Below, in pieces: positions 24,924-37,249 of a DNA stretch of 64,000 nt. The stretch's first letter is position 1, and each line of letters begins with the position of its first letter. Both the position numbers and the translations under genes were made by a program. Below the pieces are notes generated by a model. It did no database searches. It was not told the DNA's origin and saw nothing but the letters and a program-made list of their open reading frames with translations. This stretch comes from Hemiscyllium ocellatum (taxonomy: Eukaryota). The DNA is taken from contig NC_083435.1 in assembly GCF_020745735.1 (NCBI RefSeq), positions 43,152,498-43,216,497 of the forward strand, read 5' to 3'.

Positions 24924-27117
24924 ACCCTATAGGGAAGAGGTAGTCTTCCTAGTGGATACAGGGGCAGCACGGTCATCACTGAATTTTAAACCGAAGAAAG
25001 TAGAAATGTCGACATGGTCAATTACTGTTTCCAGGGTAAAAGGGGAGGGATTTACTGTTCCAGTATTTGAACCTATGATGATAGAAGGTCTTAAGGATAG
25101 GGTCACAGGGGAACTGTTGTATATCCCTGATATAGGAAGTAACTTACTAGGGAGATACTTAATTATCCTCTTAGGACTGGAGATTGGAATTCAGGAAAAA
25201 GAATTAGTTGTACAAATGGCGATGTTGACAGAGGATATGGGGAGAGAGATAGACCCTATTGTATGGGCTAGAGAAGGGAATCGTGGAGGATTACAGATCC
25301 CTCCCCTTGAAATAAATTTAAAAAGGAAAGGGGACGTTGTCTGTGAGCGATAATATCCCATTTCCATAGAAGGTAAACGAGGACTGCAGCCAGTAATTGA
25401 GGGACTGATTGGAAATGGATTGTTGGAGCCATGTGTCTCCTTATAATACCCCAATTCTACTGGTGCGGAAGTCTGGTGGAACTTATTGATTGGTGCAGGA
25501 TTTGAGAACATTAAATCGAATAGTACAGATCAGACACCCAGTGGTGCCAAATTCCTACACCTTATTAAGTAAGATTACTCATGACCACAAATGGTTTAGT
25601 GTGATAGATTTAAAGGATGCCTTTTGGGCTTGTCCCTTGGCGGAGGAAAGTAGGAATTTGTTCATCTTTGAATGGGAAGACCCCAGAACAGGATGGAAAC
25701 AGCAATACCAGTGGACCATGCTCCCCCAGGGGTGTACGGAATCCCTGAATCTATTTGGACAGATGTTAGAACAAATATTGGAGACATTTAGCAGCCCCAA
25801 GGGGACTACCCTGTTGCAGTATGTAGACGACCTCTTAGTAACAGGAAAAAGAAGAGAAAGAGTAGGAGAAGCCACTGACAAATTTTTGAATTTCCTGGGC
25901 CAGCGAGTATCTAAAAACAAATTACAATATGTGGAGCGAGAAGTGAAATACTTGGGACATTTAGTTAGTGAGGGAAAGCGAAAGATAAGCCCGGAAGGGA
26001 TAGAGGGAATCGTGGGGATGCCGCTGCCCAGGACTAAACGAGTTACGTAAATGTTTGGGTCTATCAGGATATTGCAGATTGTGGATTGATTCCTATGCTC
26101 AAAAGACTAAGAAATTATATCTCAAACTATTGGAGGAGGAATCAAAATGTCTAAGTTGGGATGATGAGGAAAAAGAACTAGTTGAGGAACTCAAAAGAGA
26201 TCTGATCCATACCCCCGTGTTAGCCTTACCTTCCCTAGATAAACCTTTCCACCTCTTTGCTACTGTAGAGAAGGGAGCGGCTTTGGGAGTATTAACCCAG
26301 AGGTGGGGAGGAATGACACAGTCAGTAGCATATTAGATCCAGTATCCCAGGGATGGCCTGAGTGTGTGCAGGCTGTGACTGCCACTGCGAGTGGGGTGTC
26401 TAAAACAATATTGGAGCATATAATTCCCCGAGATGCGTTAGTAAACCTTACAGATTCTGATCGAGGAACTCATTTTACCTCTAAAGTGTTACAGAGGGTA
26501 ATGAAAGGGTTGGGAATTTCCTGGGAGTTCCATACTCCATGGCACCCACAATCATCAGGAAGGGTTGAGAGAATGAACCAAACACTCAAACGATAGCTCT
26601 CTAAATTGACAATAGAAACCAGATTCCCTTGGACCAAATGTTTACCTATAGCTCTCTTGCGAGTACGAACAGCCCCATGGAAAGATTTGGGACTATCCCC
26701 CTATGAAATCTTATTTGGATTACCTTATCTGGGAACGAATGGAGAATTGCCAGTTCCCGAAACTAAAGATTTGTCTTAAAGAAGTATATACTGGGCTTGT
26801 CCTCCTCTTTGTCTTTCTGCAGGAAACAGGGTTTATTGGCACAGACTCCACCCCTTGAATTCACCGCTCATCCCATCCAGCCAGAGGATTGGGTCTTAGT
26901 AAAATCATGGGCAGAGACTAAATTGCAGCTGGACTGGAAAGGGCTGTACCAGGCTCTTTTGATTACCAAAACGGCAATAAGGACAATAAGCAATAACGGA
27001 GAAAGGCTGGATTCACTACACTCGGATCAAGATCCAGTGGAATCTCCAGTTGAGGAAGAGGTCTGGACAGCCGAATCAACGCAAGACCCGCTGAAACTCA
27101 GACTAAAGAGACTTTGA
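24862..27117 (+). pseudogene. pol: ERV pro-pol (PR, RT, truncated IN; RNase H deleted)
   Basis: FLVDTGA, NLLGR, VIDLKDAFW, LPQG, YVDD (25820-31), DSDRGTHFT, PWHPQSSGRVERMNQTLK; several stops and frameshifts. Confidence 0.92.
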
Positions 27118-27195
27118 GTAACTGATTATACAGTGGCGACGCGAGCGCGGGATTATTTCTGTAGGATTGTATATTAAGTCTTTTTGTGCTTCAGC

Positions 27196-29008
27196 ATGAT
27201 GTTTAGAGTACTGGGAATGCTTCGAGTTATGATGCTTGCCCTCTTACGATTGGGATTTTGTCAAATATCATTTTCATATGTATTATTAACGGTTCCTGAG
27301 TCTGATAATCTACAAGTAATAGACGCTGATGCATGCAGCTTAGTAAATTGTGGGGATGTAGATAATCAGAGACAGTACCACAGCTTTGAGATACAGCTTA
27401 AGTCCAATGGGGATGTCCTTGGGGATGGTACTTGGTATAATGGTCTTGTCACAGTACACCGGACCCCCTTCCGACCAGCTTGCGATTGTCCCGATAAAAA
27501 GTGTAACCCGATATATCTGACAATAAAGAAAACCACATGGCACAAAGCAATTCTGTGGGGGGGGGGGGGGGGCACCTATAAGATACAATTAACTGAAGCA
27601 TCTGGGATAGAAATGAAAGCAAATGGGAAGGATTTCTCAGGCTGTTGTTTTTGAATTAGCGTAGGACAGGGAAAACGGGCGGAACTACTGGATAATGAAA
27701 TACAACGTTTCACCCCTCCTGATGATACTAAAGTAGTAAAAATTATAGAGGTAAAGGACTTGAAACAGATTATCAAAATAGAAACTGGGTACGGGGATGC
27801 AAATGCCTGGTTGAATGGGTAAAGTATACTGTAAAAAGTCTGAACAAAAGCAATTGCTATGCATGTGTCTCCGGTAGGCCAGTGGCCCAGGTGGTTTCCT
27901 TTCCGCTCGGGGTGGAAGCGAGACAGAAAGGGCATGAAATATATGATAGCCCTGTAACAGGATGAGACTGCATGGAATGATAGGAACTGTACCTCCCTAT
28001 CTCTGATGTTTCTTCCCTTGGAGAAGAAAGATGCAAAAGCTCCCTCCACATTTTCCGCCGCAGTTGGAAATCACACGTCATGTGTGCGTAGACGAGGTAC
28101 AAGTCGGTCTAGAGATCTGGGGGAGCTGAAATTGTATAGAGATTAAAAATGTTACCGAAACGAAGAAAGGAGGGAACTACTCAGCATTAAAGGTTCCCCG
28201 AGCGGATTTGTGGTGGTACTGTGGAGGCAAAATATTGAGACCCACCCTACCTCCAGATTGGAGAGGGATATGTGCAATTGTACAATTGGCAATTCCACTT
28301 ACCCTGGCATTTGAGAAGGAAAAGATAGTAGGGAAAAAAGGAAGGGGTAAGAGATCACTGTTAGACACTTCTTTCGATGACAGGATTTATCTCGATTCTA
28401 TAGGAGTCCCTAGGGTTACCTGATGAGTTCAAGGCTCGTAACCAGAGTGCAGCAGGCTTTGAGTCAGCTCTCTTCTGGTGGGTAACAATTAATAAAAATG
28501 TCAATTGGATAAATTACATTTTCTATAATCAACAGCGATTTATAAATTATACAAGAGATGCGGTTAAAGGAATATAGAATAGCTTGATGTGACAAGTAGG
28601 ATGGCATGGGAGAACAGAATGGCCCTTGATATGATTTTAGCAGAAAAAGGGTGTGTGTGTGTGATGTTAGGAGGAAGCTGTTGTACCTTTATTCCTAATA
28701 ATACTGCACCTGATGGTTCAATTACTCGGGCCTTAAGGGGATTGACTACCTTAGCAGAGGAACTAGCTGAGAATTCAGGACTAGACACATCTCTCACAGG
28801 ATGGTTTGAATCCTGGTTTGGAGGATGGAAGGGGGTGGTAGTTTCCATCCTTACTTCCCTGTTAGTAGTAGTCAGGGTATTGGTGGCCATTGGCTGTTGT
28901 GTCATACCCTGTACACGAGGGCTCACTCAAAGACTGATTGAGACAGCCTTAATGAAACAGATGCCCCTAAATGGGGAATCAAGCAGAGGAACTTTATTGA
29001 CTAAATAA
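27196..29008 (+). pseudogene. env: ERV env (gamma-type SU/TM), disrupted
   Basis: Hydrophobic leader, CYAC (CXXC), furin site RGKR (28343-54), WENRMALDMILAEKG (ISD-like), CVMLGGSCC (CX6CC), TM helix. Confidence 0.9.
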
Positions 29009-29130
29009 TGAGGGGATGAGTGAGACCAAGATGGATGAAATCTCCGGTATGATGCTTGCGAATTTCGGGGGTGATGCTTAAAAGAAAAATGCAGATGATA
29101 ACAAATGGTAATTAAAGAAAAAGGGGAAAT

Positions 29131-29870
29131 TGTGGGATATAGGTAAAGTCATGTTACTTCTGCAATTATAATTGCTTATACAAAGTAAATGAACTCACAC
29201 CAGTGTGTAATTGTTTCAGCCAAGAGCTGAGTCAACAAGAATGGAAACTATGTGGAGGAAATGTATAATTTTTTTTGTATTAGCTAAAAATGTATGCAAG
29301 AAAGAAACAGGACTGCAAAACAATGGCAGATATTACAGGCGACTAGATAAGATGCTGTGAGGAGAGGCAGTTAAGCTAGATACGCCTGTACAAATAATAG
29401 GTATAAACATCTGTTTCCCACTTTTATAGAAACACAGGAACAAACCCCAATTAAAAAGGTCTTAACGATAAGATGCTGTGAGGAAAGGAACAGATGGAGG
29501 GAGTAGATAATGGTAAAGGAAAGGATATGCCTAACAATGACCCACAGCAGGATGAGGTCAAACGGCCTTGTGAGGCCAGAAATAAGATTTGTCACAGACA
29601 AGGCCGGATAAGGCAGGAGATAAACAGGAGTAATGGGTGCCATTCTTAGGGAAGTGGAAGATGTAAACAGGGGAGGAGCAATGAAATAAAAATAAATATA
29701 GAAACCAAATTATATAAATATCGAGTATTCGTTGAATTCGGTGTGTGTTTGTCCCTGCCCTGTGGACAGTGGACATCACACTCACTTGCAAGTATGAAAT
29801 AAATGACACTACTGATTCAGACCTTGTCTCGGACTGAAACTATTGAAGTGAGTGTGCTTTCTTTCTCACA
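29131..29870 (+). repeat. 3' LTR (740 bp)
   Basis: PPT aaagaaaaaggggaaa at 29114-29129; TGTGGGA...TCTCACA termini; TATATAAA at 29711; AATAAA at 29798. Confidence 0.9.
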
Positions 29871-30659
29871 AAAGGGATTAAACAGTTTGGGGGACCATGA
29901 ATCCCCTCGCTGAGTTTCCAGTAGACTGGTGGGAAACAGTCAAGGGGTTCTTTATCCTTAAAGGTGTTCAGAAGGTGAGATAGAGAGAGGGGCAAATTTT
30001 CCAAACTCCAGGAAAGCATGCAGAATCTACTGTTGCTGCAGATGATTATTGGGAACGTTTCGGGTGTAGGTTTGCTCGCTGATATCCAGTCAAAAGTCAA
30101 AAAACACACTGACCATCAAACCTCATCAACAAATTGTTGGTTTTTCTATTGAGCCACTAACATGGTGATGTAATTTATTTGGTGGGACAACAATAAACAT
30201 TAAACAGTGACTATGTCTTCAAAAACGCTGCGTCCTCAACTTCCACATCACAATGACCATTACAGCGGGTTTCACACAAAATAATCCAACATTTCCATTC
30301 CTTTCTCACATAAATATTCCTATAATTAGTGTTAAAATGTCTTATATTGGAAAAAATCATTATCTCTAATGGAAAAATAGATGGCAACATTTATCAGTTT
30401 TGTCCCCAAATCTTGTGAAAATACAACCTCCCTAAAAGATATCTCTAACATTCTTGCAAAAAATCACATTTGATAGGAAAATATTGGAGAAATTTTAGCT
30501 GGAATACCTTCTTGTGTTTGACGGTGGGAGGGACAGACCATCTCCTTAAACATGAGTAAATTGCAGCCCCAAGCCCAGAACGCTCCCCCTTCACTGAGGT
30601 TGTTTTAAAAACCTCCACAAGGAATTCAGCTCAATTCACTGAACCCCTCACAATACCAC

Positions 30660-30890
30660 TCCGAACTACATTACCCATGCTGCATGTGGGCCACACGCTT
30701 TCATAGTGAGGAGCGACAGTTTGGAATCAAGACAGAACCTGTCCGGGTGCCTGACGGGAATTGTAGTTCTGTACCGCAAGCGTTTGGGAGTTCAAATCTG
30801 AGAGCTCGCGAGCTCGAGCGGTTGTTAACGTTGGTCGGTGCTGGAAATGGAGGTGCGCCTCTGTTAATGGCGTCACCATGGCAACGGGAA
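30660..30890. promoter_or_regulatory. Pol II promoter, probably bidirectional
   Basis: ACTACATTACCCATGCTGCA (30665, +) and ACTACAATTCCC (30756-67, -) ZNF143/THAP11-type motifs; palindrome GAGCTCGCGAGCTC (30802-15); AATGGCG (30866); X-box GTCACCATGGCAAC (30872-85); locally elevated CpG. Confidence 0.75.
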
Positions 30891-30983
30891 CCGGGATCAT
30901 AACTTCTTATTCTGAAGAGTCCTTCAATTAAACTCCAGTTTTCAGTTTCGAAGAACGTTGTCACATTTGCAGTTTCTCAGATG
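30860..30983 (+). other. Candidate first exon ending ATG|GTAAGT (5' boundary unknown)
   Basis: Consensus donor at 30984-30989 just downstream of the promoter motifs. Confidence 0.5.
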
Positions 30984-31539
30984 GTAAGTCTATTATTTAT
31001 CAGTCTAAATAAATAGTTTACTTGTAATACTGATGAGAGGGTAAAGTTTGCCAGTATCCGATCATGATGTCGTACCTCAGTTTACACAATTGTGTACTGA
31101 AGAACATGGAGAGCCATTTTCACTCCTACAGAGTGCAACTCCATGACTCTTTTAGATCACTCTGCGGAATCTCTTTAAATTATCGTCTCTGATTTCTACT
31201 GATCTACATTCTACCTTTGTTTTCAGTGGCTGGTGGCAAGGTAAAAATATAAGAGTTTGATATTCCCACTTTCAAATACACCACCCTCACTGGTTCTGAA
31301 GCTCCTGGCTTCCATTTAGGCCCTATCTTGGTTAAAATTGAGATTTTAGATGCAGCTCTGATTTCAATATTGAAAAACACCATAAACCAACTGGGGAAGA
31401 TGTAAAACACATTAAAGAGGACTGAATTGGTAGTTCAATCACTCTGTTCTCTCACAGTGATCAGACAAGATTGCATGTTTCTTTGCTGGATGGTTTATTT
31501 GACCATATATATGTCCCTGATATAACTGGCACCATGAGC

Positions 31540-31900
31540 AGCCTGAAGATATAAGAGGGGCACAGTAGTAATATGGCATTTATTAGTTATCGGAGTGGAC
31601 AAATATTCCTGTGGCCTCCCTGGTGCCAGGATCAAATATGCAACAGAGTACTCACACAACATTCCTGTGGTGGGAGGGTGAACAGTCAAAATTGTGGTCC
31701 TTTTGGTACCAATGATTTCGGCAGGAAGGAAGATGTTATTCTGCAATGCGTATTTAGGGCGCGAGGTAGAAAGTTAGCAAGCAGGACCTCAAATGTAGTA
31801 ATCTCTGGATTACTCCTGGAGCCTTGTGCAGGTGAGTTCAGGAATAGGATGAAAAGACAGATGAATATTTAGGAGGTAAAATGGTACAGGAGGGTGAGCT
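31540..31900 (+). mobile_element. CR1 ORF1 esterase fragment
   Basis: LPGARIK, GTNDFGRK, VVISGLL. Confidence 0.65.
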
Positions 31901-32453
31901 AGGAGGATCCGACCAAAGTCCTCACTCTGTACCTCCAGGTGTAAGATTCTAAACATTTCCCATTTTGGTATGAGGTGAAAAATACTGGAAATCACAGCTA
32001 TTGTAACACCCAGTTCTTCTTTCGAAGTCCTAATCTCAGCTGGTGACAGGGATCCATATGGGGTTGTGAACTCCTTTATAACCATAGCGGAGATTCCTCC
32101 TCTTCTCCCTGTTGCTCAGTTTTTGTCATGGCTCCTGGAACTGCACATAGAGACTTTGTTTGTTTCACTGTATAAAAAGGCATTGCAGAGGTGTGCTTGC
32201 TTTCCAGGCTTGTATGAAGGCCACTTGTCCTGTTAGCAATAAAAGCAACTAGCATTGCATTATTTTTGGCAAAGTGTTGTCTGGCTTTTTAAAAGATTCC
32301 GTCTATACAAGAGATATAGTTTTCTTCAGGGGAGGCTATGTTCTTTTATTAAATTAATCCTCTCAGATCACCCCTTACAATCTAGTTCCCTTCCTGTTGT
32401 TTGTTGGTATCCTATTGTCTCATTCTAATTTTTTCTCCACCTGTTTATTTTGA

Positions 32454-32621
32454 TTTGGAGATGCCGGTGTTGGATTGGGGTGTACACAGTTAAAAATCAC
32501 ACAACACCAGGTTATAGTCCAACAGGTTTAATTGGAAGCACACTAGCTTTGAAAGCTCTGAAAGCTAGTATGCTGCCAATTAACCCTGTTGGACCATAAC
32601 CTGGTGTTGTGTGATTTTTGA
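32454..32621. mobile_element. Small fold-back Penelope-type terminal repeat
   Basis: Inverted arms aaaaatcacacaacaccaggttat.../...ataacctggtgttgtgtgattttt; 13-bp TSD ctgtttattttga at 32441 and 32622. Confidence 0.8.
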
Positions 32622-32671
32622 CTGTTTATTTTGAAAATGTGCCTCATTCCAAGTTCTATTTCCCATCTTCA

Positions 32672-33000
32672 TGGGGAGGCGATGGCCTCATGGTATTATT
32701 GCTAGACTATTAACCTGGAGACCCAGGTAATATTCTGGAGTCGTGGGTTTAGATCCTGCCATGGCAGATATTGGAATTCAATAAAAATTGAGAATACAAA
32801 GATCCATGGTCATTATTAGACTATTGTTGATTGTCAGGAAAAACACATTTGGTTCACTTATATCCTTTAGAGATGAAAAATGCCATCCTTTCCTCGTCTG
32901 GCCTCCATGTGACTCCAGACTCTCAGTAATGTGATTGGGGATGGGCAATGAATGCTGGTCTAGCCAGCGACACACACGCTGTGAACAAATTACAAAAAAA
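32672..33000 (+). mobile_element. tRNA-headed SINE
   Basis: A-box-like and B-box-like head, A-rich tail; inverted relative at 43750-44090. Confidence 0.6.
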
Positions 33001-34114
33001 TCGTAGTTGAGAGTATAAGCTGTCACTTCCTGGTTGTAACTTTTTTCCCAGACTCCTTACAATTTCTGTTCAGTTATAAGGTATACACATGTATTCTGGA
33101 CTTTTAAAAAAATCTTAATCTTACCCTTCTAAACCAAAAAGAAATCAAGATATCTAGCAGAGTCTTCCGTAATTCCTAATATATCTTTTGTTCCAGCTGC
33201 CCTGGTTTGCACAACCAAACTTTCTAGCAACTTCTAGCAAAAGCCATTGGTTGCTTTCGGAATTACTGAATATATGTTTAATTACAATCTAATACTGCTA
33301 CTTTCAAGCTTCTCAAACTTAAAGGCAATTAAACCCTGACTTCTGTGAACAATCTGTGATACTAATTGTTATTTTTTACCAATTTTGTAATCACGGTAAG
33401 CTCATACAGGCAGTCAATGATTTATAGCAGATTTCTGATAGTTTCTTCAGAAACAACAGTTTGGAAATGGTGTATTAATTAGACAAAGAAAGAGAATAAA
33501 TGATCTGTAACAGATTAGAATGCTTTACTGATCCCAAAGCCTTTCTATAGAATAGAAGGGGAGAGGCAGTCCACTCTCACCTCCCAGATATCCTATTGTC
33601 TTTTGTGGTGATCATAGTCACAATAGTGTTTGATCTTCTCTCAGCCTGATGTAGGGGAACTCCTGGTCTTCCCCCAAGGAGATGGTGTGGCTTGTCTCCC
33701 TGGATGTTCCTTCTCCTTTCTCCCTTCTCCCCACATGGCTCTGCATTAGATCTTACTTTGGGAGCTGGCCTCCAATGCTATGTTGATTACCTTTCTAAAC
33801 TCTGTTGGTCAGTGGGCATGGGACAGATATTCATGACATCAGGTGACTGTTGTCCCTGCCCACCTCCGTTTGAAGGTTAGTTTTCATTCCTTCTAAAACC
33901 GAACCTTCTTATTTTCACCACACTTCATTGATAATGTTAAATGTTTGTTGTGAGTCAAGACCTTGATGTTTCTTCTTTCATACAAGGATTTATTTACATC
34001 TGGAGAACACTAATTATGAATGTGACACAGTTAGATAGACAGAAATTGCCAAATATGAAATGCTGTGTTAACACAAGTTGAAAGAGGCCCTCAATTCTCA
34101 ATACATTCTCAAGG

Positions 34115-34370
34115 CAGTCTGACTCTCCTGTGGGCAGTCAGGGATGGGAATGGCCCTTACTCTGTGTGAGAAGATCCAGTTGAGAGAGCTGTTTACTCTG
34201 TGCTTTGTACTGAACTGTTAGACTGGAGCTGTGTTGGATATTGAGTGTGCTTATTGGAAGTATTTCCCTTTTGATTTCCAGGCTGAGTTTGTTGATGGCT
34301 CATTTCTGAATATGAGAAGGTGAAATGCAGAGTGTCTGAGGATTCTTACTGATTTCCTGTTGTTGAGCTC
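34115..34370 (+). repeat. ZNF leader module copy D (partial; 38-nt micro-exon 34282-34319)
   Basis: Reverse-complement homolog of 1820-2075; tttccAG|gctgag...gagaag|GTgaaa. Confidence 0.7.
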
Positions 34371-35746
34371 AGTGTGTTTATTATCCTGTGGACTGTGAAT
34401 GGTCAGTTCTCTCTGGATGTTGCATGTCATTTAAAATCCCTCCCAAGACCTCCCACTACCAATCTCTCTAACCTTCTCGGAAAACAAAAGAGAGACTTGC
34501 ATTTACATGGAACCTTCCAGAGCCACCAGACGGCACCAAACATTTTACAGCCAATGATATTCTTTTGAAGTATAGTCACTGCTTTCATGTAGGAAATGTG
34601 ATAGTCAATATGTGCACCAGAATGACTGAAGCTCATAATGACTTAATAGTTTGATTTACACTCTGCCCAACTATTGTTTCTATTGTCCACATGACATCTG
34701 GAGACTGGGTGGATGAAAGAACATAGCCACATTGTCTGCTCTTGGTCAGTATCCAGTGTCTCTGATTGAAACAGAGGGTGTGTGATAGTCAAGTCAGGTA
34801 AAAGAGAAGACTTGCATCTGACCCTATATACAGGGGAATAGCAGACTGGCATTCATAATGGTACAGTGTCTAGCTGAAGAGACAATCCCTTCAGCAAAGG
34901 AGGAGAGAGAGTTGGAGGAAATCATGGCCAGAGTTTTGCCTTTCCTGTTGTGGAGTGAGAAATGACAGGAAAAGAGAGAAAAAAATGAAAAGGTAAAAAT
35001 CCAGACAACAAGAAACATCTTTGCTATTTTCTCTCAAGCCTTAAATTATGACTTTAGAGTCTCAACAATGAGATGAAGCAGCAACTTAAATTCCTACATT
35101 TGCCTTTCATTAAAACGCAAAGCTGCTGGGTTTTTGGATGACTTTCAATTTGCCTCTCCATCCCTGCAAAACTAGACTGTCTAAATCCTCAAGATGTATA
35201 TCACAGCAGCTACCTGGCGCTGCAGTTCGCGAAATGTTTTTTCTGGGAATTAGCCAAATTATTTTTACAGTAACATCCCTGCATGCTCCTCGTCTCGCAT
35301 CTTCCTCAGACTTTCACCCACACAAGTTATCATTCTCAAATCACCAGCCTCACCATGTCATCATACCTGCTCATGGACCAGCTCACCTTGGCCCTTTCAC
35401 CTTCAGCTTTTAGTCGAGAAGTGAGGGGTTATGGTTGTTAGCCTGCTTTCTCAGCATTCACTCAGTTTGCACTTTGAGTCTCCCATCTTTTCTCCACTGC
35501 ACATTTATTTCTTAACATACATGCATTGACTTCAGCTCTGTGCATTATATTATTTTCTTATTGCACAGCATCTTTAATACTCAATTACAGATGCCACCCT
35601 CTGCGACTTACATTGCTTTCTATGCAAAAGGAGAGGCAGGCAGCTTGTCATGGTATCGAGCACTGAATAGTTGAGGGTGTGTACATGATGCTGTACAACT
35701 GAAACTGTGAGAATTCGGCTTTATGTTGCCTTTTCCAGTTTTACAG

Positions 35747-36400
35747 AAGGATCGTGCTATACTATACCAGAGAATACAGAGGATACCCCAGAAAGATTCT
35801 GACCATTGCCCAAGGAACAACTGCAAAACTGTGAAAAGGCATATCGTTCCTTTGCTGAACACAGAAAGTTGGGCAGTGAAACTATCATCTGGAAATAGGC
35901 CGGGTCAGGAGGCTTTAACATACCATCAGATCTGAAACTAGTCAGTGGTGTGCCGTCTTCCATCAGAACCAATCGGTTTGAAGATTGGGCCACGAATGAT
36001 CTGTCAGGGTGAGGCTGGGAAGAAGTGTGAGTCGGAACCAAATGTGATAAGAGCTTCAATCATTCATTAAGTTTCTCAATGATGCATTCCTATAAGTGAC
36101 AGACTGTTCAAATGTGAGGCTTGTGAGGAGGACTTGCCAGGCTCCAGATCTCCTAAATGGACAAGGTGCATTTAGGTAGCCACATGGAAGATAAACTATT
36201 CAAGTGTGTGTGTGTGTGTGTGTGTGTGTCCTTGTCCAAAATCACCTGGCAAAACCACCTGGCAGAAACTTACTGTTGTCCCTCACTTCTTGACTAAAAG
36301 CTGATGGTCAAAGGGCTAATGTGAGCTGGTCCATGAGTAGGTATGATGACATGGTGAGGCTGGTGAGTGAAGGGTTTTCACAGTCAGTGTATCTCCTGGT
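35747..36400 (+). pseudogene. ZNF terminal-exon pseudogene
   Basis: Conserved ttttacAG acceptor (35745-46), homology to 565-990, remnants KCDKSFNHSLSF and LFKCEACEE; no open array. Confidence 0.65.
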
Positions 36401-37249
36401 TGATTAAAGCATTATTTTACATTTGTCTTCACTGAAGAAGATATTAGAAATCTCCCAAAAATTAGAGAACAATGTACAGGGGAAAATGAGGACCTGATGG
36501 GAATTAGTATTTGTAAGATGGTTTTGTTGGAGAAATAAATGGGGCTGAAAGCTAATAAGTCACTGGAACCTGATATTCTACATTCCAGAATGTTAAAGAG
36601 CAGAACTATTGTGATGAAAAATGTATGATTTTTATAAATATGGCTGAAAAAGATATTTTTGAGACCTTTTTGATTTGCACTTATTGGGACAATTCACATG
36701 ATTGTCAGTTTAAGGATAAAACCAACATTAGTCGTACATTAAAATGCTAATGGGTTGGCAAGTAGACTCACATTGGTGGAGACATTTCTGTAGAGAATGC
36801 ACTCATTAATATTGATTGACAGTTAACTGTTAGGCTTTTCCTAATTTTACATCCATCTGGGCATTGACCTGAGAAAGGGAGAGTGAATTGTTATCATCTG
36901 TTTTGTTGAATTGAAACAGGTGCAGTATGTGTACATTGTGATGATTCTATGGCTTTACAAGGTGTATTTTGTTCTGGTCTCTTTTAGAAGAGAGGGTTTA
37001 AGACAGAGGTAAGAAACTGTCTATTCAAAGCTATTAAACAGCTTATGAGGCCTTGGGGATTTTGTTTTAAAATTTTGTTTCATATCTCAAATAAACAAAG
37101 AAATTTTGAGATTTGAGTTTAAATTGTGCAAGACATTGAGTTTATCGTTGGGAAATCAGGGAAAGTTAGTTTTGCTTCACATGTTTAGAATGAGGTCAAG
37201 GAGTCATACGCTTCTGTGTAAATCCTTTGATGGAGCAGGACTTGAGTTG

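Larger units (their letters stand above)
22655..29870 (+). mobile_element. Defective class I (gamma-like) endogenous retrovirus
   Basis: Truncated 5' LTR, gag, pro-pol, env, PPT and complete 3' LTR; imperfect 4-bp TSD AACG/AAAG. Confidence 0.95.

Noticed and set aside
27196-29008. Domesticated (syncytin-like) env
   Set aside because: Multiple stops and frameshifts in both SU and TM.
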